DNA of 64,000 bases, from the NCBI GenBank assembly GCA_029203145.1, contig CP119309.1, positions 1,386,472-1,450,471 of the forward strand, in the 5' to 3' direction. This DNA is from Candidatus Brevundimonas phytovorans (GTDB lineage: Bacteria; Pseudomonadota; Alphaproteobacteria; Caulobacterales; Caulobacteraceae). The notes beneath the pieces were generated by a model. The model saw only the letters and a list, made by a program, of their open reading frames with translations, was not told the DNA's origin and ran no database searches. The translations under genes and the position numbers were made by a program. Of the stretch, positions 57,051 to 64,000 are shown one piece after another. Position 1 is the stretch's first letter. Each line of letters begins with the position of its first letter.

Positions 57051-58303
57051 CACACGAAGAAGTTTCGCGCCTTGATCAGCGCATCCACGAAGGCGTCTGT
57101 ATCCTCCACGGTGTTATATAGGGCGAAGGAGGCGCGCGTGCTCGAGGTCACGCCCAGTCTTTTCGCCAGCGGTTCGGCGCAGTGCAGACCGGCCCGCACG
57201 GCGACGCCGTAGCGGTCCATGATCTGGGCCACGTCATGGGCGTGAGCGCCCTCGACCGAGAAGGTCAGCAGCGCACCCTTGCCCTCGGCCTCGCCCAGAA
57301 CCCGCAGCCATCCGGCGTCGGCCAGCCGGGCGCGGGCGTGGTCATAGAGGGCCATTTCGTGCGCGGCCACCGCCTGACGGTCGAAGCCGGACAGCCATTC
57401 CAGCGCCGCGCCCAGACCAATGGCCTCCAGGATCGGCGGCGTGCCGGCCTCGAAGCGATGCGGCGGCGGCGCGTAGGTAATCCGGTCCTTCTCGACCGTC
57501 TCAATCATCTCTCCCCCGCCCTGATAGGGCGGCAGGCTCTCCAGAGCCTCGGTCGTGCCATAGAGGGCGCCGACGCCGGTCGGGCCATAGAGCTTGTGGC
57601 CGGTGATCACATACCAGTCGCAGCCGACAGCCTGAACGTCCGGCGTGGCGTGAACCGCGCCCTGACAGCCGTCGACCAGCACCCGCGCGCCAGCCGCATG
57701 GGCCAGACGGGTGATCTCGGTGATCGGGTTGATGGTGCCCAGGACGTTGGACATATGCGTCACGGCGACGACCTTGGTCCTCGGCCCCAGCAGTTCGGCA
57801 TAGGCCGCAATGTCCAGCGAACCGTCGTCCTTGATCGGCGCCCATTTCAGCACCGCGCCCTTGCGTTCGCGCAGCAGGTGCCAGGGCACGATGTTGGAGT
57901 GGTGCTCCATCTCGCTGACGATGATCTCGTCGCCCGGTTCGATGCTCAGGCCGATCCCGTTGGCGACCAGATTGATCGCCTCGGTCCCGCCCTTGGTCCA
58001 GACGATGTTCTCACCCGACGGCGCGTTCAGGAAGCGGGCGACGATCTCGCGCGCCGCCTCGAACGCCTCGGTCGCCTCGTTCGACAAGGTGTGCAGGCCC
58101 CGGTGGACGTTGGCGTAACTGCCCTCCATCGACGCCACCAGGGCGTCGATCACCGCGCGCGGCTTCTGCGCCGAGGCGGCGTTGTCTAGATAGACCAGCG
58201 GCTTGCCGTTCACCTGTCGCGACAGGATCGGGAACTGCGCCCGCGCGGCGTAGGGGTCGAAGGTCTTCACAGGCACATCTTTCAGAGTCTGGCCGTCAGC
58301 CAT
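57050..58303 (-). CDS. sufS: SufS-type cysteine desulfurase
   Basis: YLDNAASAQKP, TGHKLYGPTG, RAGLHCA; start MADGQ at 58303. Confidence 0.94.
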   Translation of the reverse strand: MADGQTLKDVPVKTFDPYAARAQFPILSRQVNGKPLVYLDNAASAQKPRAVIDALVASMEGSYANVHRGLHTLSNEATEAFEAAREIVARFLNAPSGENIVWTKGGTEAINLVANGIGLSIEPGDEIIVSEMEHHSNIVPWHLLRERKGAVLKWAPIKDDGSLDIAAYAELLGPRTKVVAVTHMSNVLGTINPITEITRLAHAAGARVLVDGCQGAVHATPDVQAVGCDWYVITGHKLYGPTGVGALYGTTEALESLPPYQGGGEMIETVEKDRITYAPPPHRFEAGTPPILEAIGLGAALEWLSGFDRQAVAAHEMALYDHARARLADAGWLRVLGEAEGKGALLTFSVEGAHAHDVAQIMDRYGVAVRAGLHCAEPLAKRLGVTSSTRASFALYNTVEDTDAFVDALIKARNFFV

Positions 58304-59300
58304 GCGCGAACAACCTCCTTGGCCGCCTCGTCCTCGATGCGGTCGATGACCTCGAACAGGAAGGCCTGGACCAGCAGGGCGCGGGCCTCGTCGGCTGGGA
58401 TGCCGCGCTGCTGCATGTAGAAGAGCGCGCTTTCGTCCAGCGTCCCGACCGTATTGCCGTGGGCGCACTGCACGTCGTCGGCATAGATGATCAGCTCCGG
58501 CTTGGCGTCGATCTCGCCGCGTTCACTGGCGATCAGGGCGTTGTGGGCCATGCGGGCGTCGGTGCCGTCGGCCCCGCGCTCGACGATGATCTTGCCCTGA
58601 AACACGCCGCGCGCCGTGTCGTGAACGACGCCCTTGGTCAGTTGGCTGGTCGTGCCGTCGGCGGCGCGGTGATCGACCACGGTCGTCAGGTCCGCATGGC
58701 GCGAACCCTTGAGCAGATAGAGGCCGTCCAGACGCGCATCGGCGCCCTCGGCCCCGTGGCTCAGTTGCGTCTCTATACGTTGCAGCTTGGCGCCGGTCGT
58801 GATGATGGTCTGGCGATAGCGACCGCCAGCCTCCAGCCGCACCTCGGCGTTGATCACCGAGATGGCGTCCTCGGGCTCCTCGATCAGGACGATCCGCGTG
58901 ACCTCGGCGTCGCGGGCGACATCGATCTCGATCTTGTTGTGAGCGACATAGGCCGAGCCCTTGCCCTCGTGCGTCTCCAGCAGCAGCAGGCGCGCGCCGG
59001 GGCGAGCGACGATCCGCGCCGCCGCCGTGTGGCCGGTGCCGACCGCGTCGGAAATGAAGCGCAGACGCAGGGTCTGCACGCCCGAGGCGATGAAGTCGGT
59101 GACGCCGACCGGGCGCCCGTTGGCGAAGACGATCGCCTCGCCGCCCAGGTCGTAAAACGGCCCCGGCGCGCCGACCAGCGCCGTGCCCGACGGTTCCGGC
59201 GCTTCGCGAAGCCAGCGCTTCAGGTCGCTGTATTTCCACGCTTCCGTGCGCCGAGAGGGAAAGGTCTCGGGATTGGTCAGGTCGATCTGCGGCGCCGCGC

Positions 59301-59304
<4 letters not shown>
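58282..59304 (-). CDS. sufD: Fe-S assembly protein SufD
   Basis: EAWKYSDL, GVFQGKI, KPEL.IYADDVQCAHG, FYMQQRGI. Confidence 0.92.
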
Positions 59305-60049
<745 letters not shown>

Positions 60050-60050
<1 letters not shown>

Positions 60051-60270
60051 CAGGCTTTTTCAGTTCGAGAAATGATCACCGCATTGAGCGGGAAGGAAGC
60101 AATCATAAAGGCGATGAAGATCGCCGCCGAAATCCAGATGTTGATCCAGGCAAAAACCAACATCCCCGCAAGGCCGAGAACCGCGATGGCGGCCGTCGCC
60201 AACCAAATGCGATAGCCGGTCGGGTGTATTGGCTGCCATCCGTACCAGCGGCGCCGGAACCAAGGCTCCA

Positions 60271-60271
<1 letters not shown>
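60050..60271 (-). CDS. Small membrane protein (hypothetical)
   Basis: WFRRRWYGWQP motif plus two hydrophobic helices; TGATG overlaps with both sufB and sufC. Confidence 0.72.
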
Positions 60272-61737
<1,466 letters not shown>

Positions 61738-61740
61738 GAC

Positions 61741-62877
61741 TTACGCGACTTCCTTCACGCGCTCAGACAGGCGCGCTTGATGCTTGTTCCAGGCCGTGAC
61801 CCAGGACTCGGCGAACCGGTCCCAGTCGCCTTGCGTGGTGCCCCAGCCGCCCGAGACGCGCACGCCCCCGGTCGCCAGATGATGCAGGCCCATGGCGCTG
61901 ATCGCCTTGGACGGCTTGACCTTGCCCGACGAACAGGCCGAGCCGGCCGAGACCATGACCCCGACCAGATCGAGCGTGATCAACTGCTGCGGGCTGTCCC
62001 AGCCCTCGACGGCCATGAACAGGGTGTTGGGCAGACGTTCGACGGCCCCGCCAATGATGGTCGCGCCCGCCGCCTTGACCCTGGCCTCGGCCGCGTCGCG
62101 CCAGACGACGTGCGCCATGGCCGCGTCCAGATCGCGCGCGGCGCAATCCGCCGCCAGGCCAAAGCCAGTGATCCCCGGCACGTTCTCGGTCCCGGCGCGC
62201 AGGCCGCGCTCCTGACCCGCGCCGTGCAGGATACGCACGGCGGCCACGCCTTCCTTGAGCACCAGAGCGCCCACGCCCTGCGGCCCGCCCAGCTTGTGCC
62301 CCGACAGGGTCAGGCTGTCCGCGTCCAGCGCCCGCATATCGACCGGCGCCTTGCCCGCCGACTGGATGGCGTCGACGTGCAGCCAGCCGCCCGCAGCACG
62401 GACCAGAGCCCCCGCCTCGGCGATGGGCTGGATCACGCCGCTTTCATTGTTGGCATGATGGATGGCGACCACGGCCCGGCCCGGACGCGCCAGCGCCTCG
62501 GCCAGCCAGGCCAGGTCGACCACGCCGTTGCCATCGACCGGCAGCACCTCGACCGGCGCGCCGGACGCCGTCGCCGCCTCAGCCACGCAAGGGTGCTCGG
62601 TCGCGCCGACGATCAGCCGCTCGCAGCCTGCAGCCAGGGCGCTGACGATGGCCTGAGCATTGGATTCCGTGCCGCCGGACGTAAAGACCACGGCGGTCGG
62701 GTCAGCCCCGACGAGTTCCGCCACCTGGGCCCGCGCCGTCTCGACCCGCGCCCGCGCCCGACGCCCGGCGGCGTGGACCGCCGAGGGATTGCCATTGTCA
62801 GCCAGGGCCTTGGCCATGATCTCCTGAACCTCAGGACGCACCAGACCCGAGGCGTTGTAATCGAGGTAGACGCTCAC
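61741..62877 (-). CDS. iscS: IscS/NifS-type cysteine desulfurase
   Basis: YLDYNAS, GNPSAVH, SGGTESN, SGHKLGGP, SAGSACSSG. Confidence 0.92.
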   Translation of the reverse strand: MSVYLDYNASGLVRPEVQEIMAKALADNGNPSAVHAAGRRARARVETARAQVAELVGADPTAVVFTSGGTESNAQAIVSALAAGCERLIVGATEHPCVAEAATASGAPVEVLPVDGNGVVDLAWLAEALARPGRAVVAIHHANNESGVIQPIAEAGALVRAAGGWLHVDAIQSAGKAPVDMRALDADSLTLSGHKLGGPQGVGALVLKEGVAAVRILHGAGQERGLRAGTENVPGITGFGLAADCAARDLDAAMAHVVWRDAAEARVKAAGATIIGGAVERLPNTLFMAVEGWDSPQQLITLDLVGVMVSAGSACSSGKVKPSKAISAMGLHHLATGGVRVSGGWGTTQGDWDRFAESWVTAWNKHQARLSERVKEVA

Positions 62878-63344
62878 GCCGCCGCCTCCATGCTCGCGGC
62901 CGCCGGGGCCGCCCCCAGCCGCGCCTGACCGGTGCGGTTCTGGATCACGTCTTCCAGACTGACGCTGGCGAGATAGCGGTGGATCTCCTGCCCCAGATCT
63001 TCCCAGAGGTGGTGGGTGATGCAGCGTTCGCCCTTGATCATGCAGCCCTTGGGCGATCCGGCGCCGACGCAGCGCGTGGCGCGGATCGGTTCATCGACGG
63101 CCAGAACGATCTCGGCCACGGCGGTCTCGCAGGCCTCCCGCGCCAGCCGATAGCCGCCGCCGGGACCGCGCACGCTCTTGACCAGACCGCTTTTACGCAG
63201 CCGCGCAAACAGCTGTTCCAGATAGCTGAGGGAGATTTCCTGACGTGTCGCGATCTCGGCCAGCGACACCGCCCGGTCCGCGCCATTGCGCGCCAGATCG
63301 GCCATCGCCATCACGGCGTATCGTCCCTTTGTCGACAGGCGCAT
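62874..63344 (-). CDS. iscR: Rrf2 family Fe-S regulator
   Basis: LSTKGRYAV, SYLEQLF, RGPGGGY, three Cys plus His (C..C..CITH). Confidence 0.92.
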   Translation of the reverse strand: MRLSTKGRYAVMAMADLARNGADRAVSLAEIATRQEISLSYLEQLFARLRKSGLVKSVRGPGGGYRLAREACETAVAEIVLAVDEPIRATRCVGAGSPKGCMIKGERCITHHLWEDLGQEIHRYLASVSLEDVIQNRTGQARLGAAPAAASMEAAA

Positions 63345-63505
63345 GGAATGCCCTCAAAAATTTCACGCTTTTCGGGGCTCATGTGTTAGAACCCGCGCCC
63401 TCGCAGACAAGTGCGCCACGCTGGCTCGACTTAGAAAGTCCTACCGCGTTGGTCAAGTATTGTCCGCCCGCGAAACGACAGTTGAAGACAGGATTCCGCT
63501 GATCC

Positions 63506-64000
63506 ATGCCTGAAGTCATTCTTCCCGGCGCCTCGGGCCGCATCGAAGGCCGCTATTCGCCCGGCAAGCGCCCGAACGCGCCGATCGCCCTGATCCTGCA
63601 TCCGCACCCCAAGGCGGGCGGGCACATGAACAACCCGGTGGCTGTGACCCTGCACCAGCTGTTCGTCCAGCGTGGCTTCGCCACCCTGCGCTACAACTCG
63701 CGCGGCGTCGGCAAGTCCCAGGGCGAGTTCGACAGCGGCATCGGTGAACTGGCCGACGCGGCCACCGCTTTGGACTGGTTGCAGGCCAACAACCCCGCCG
63801 CCACCCAGACCTGGGTCGCCGGTTATCAGTTTGGCGCCTATATCGGCATGCAACTGCTGATGCGCCGCCCTGAGACGGACGGCTTCATCTCGGTGTCGCC
63901 GCCCTCGAACATGTACGACTTCAGCTTCCTGGCCCCCTGCCCGGCGTCTGGCCTCTTCCTGCACGGCACCGCCGACACCGTGGTGCCGCCGGTCGAGGTC
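63506..64000 (+). CDS. Alpha/beta hydrolase of the family found beside isc/suf loci; truncated by window end
   Basis: HPHP..GG.MNN, NSRGVGKSQG, GYQFG; divergent from iscR. Confidence 0.85.
   Translation, partial: MPEVILPGASGRIEGRYSPGKRPNAPIALILHPHPKAGGHMNNPVAVTLHQLFVQRGFATLRYNSRGVGKSQGEFDSGIGELADAATALDWLQANNPAATQTWVAGYQFGAYIGMQLLMRRPETDGFISVSPPSNMYDFSFLAPCPASGLFLHGTADTVVPPVEV

Overview
High-GC alphaproteobacterial chromosome segment. Gene content and protein sequences point to Caulobacteraceae, probably Brevundimonas (inference). Left to right: (1) a cobalamin-riboswitch-controlled B12 uptake and completion operon (btuB-cobD-btuFCD-cbiB-cobQ-cobT-cobS plus a coupled CX5R phosphatase) with divergent cobU; (2) accessory redox/hydrolase cassettes (LysR/pirin/non-heme haloperoxidase; secreted hydrolase with a membrane LytTR regulator; TetR/SDR/OYE/MDR); (3) an 11-kb chemosensory island (cheZ, cheY, hybrid cheA, cheW, soluble two-PAS receptor, cheR, cheB, XRE-BLUF-like regulator, PAS hybrid kinase) with AT-rich promoters; (4) a complete sulfate assimilation cluster (fdxA, cysNC, cysD, fpr, LysR, cysG, DUF2849, cysI, DUF934-cysH fusion, cysK, sbp-cysTWA, FAD protein); (5) divergent tRNA-Gln/tRNA-Pro; (6) DUF924, two CsgG-like/SH3 paralogs, a REP/CIR-like palindrome, thyA-MazG-like-aqpZ-folA-ybjQ; (7) iscR-iscS-sufB-orf-sufCDS-sufT-sufA running directly into metNIQ. 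The best candidate for an undescribed system is the chemosensory island. Its CheA carries a degenerate truncated-globin-like domain where P2 normally sits. Its receptor has two Aer2-type heme-PAS motifs. The neighbouring regulator fuses an XRE HTH to a BLUF fold lacking the photoactive Tyr/Gln. The kinase has a FixL/DosP-like PAS, and a perfect FNR/FixK box lies upstream of cheY. The second candidate is a PTP-fold phosphatase that may replace the missing CobC. Domain assignments come from recalled family motifs, not database searches. No CRISPR array, integrase or transposase was seen.
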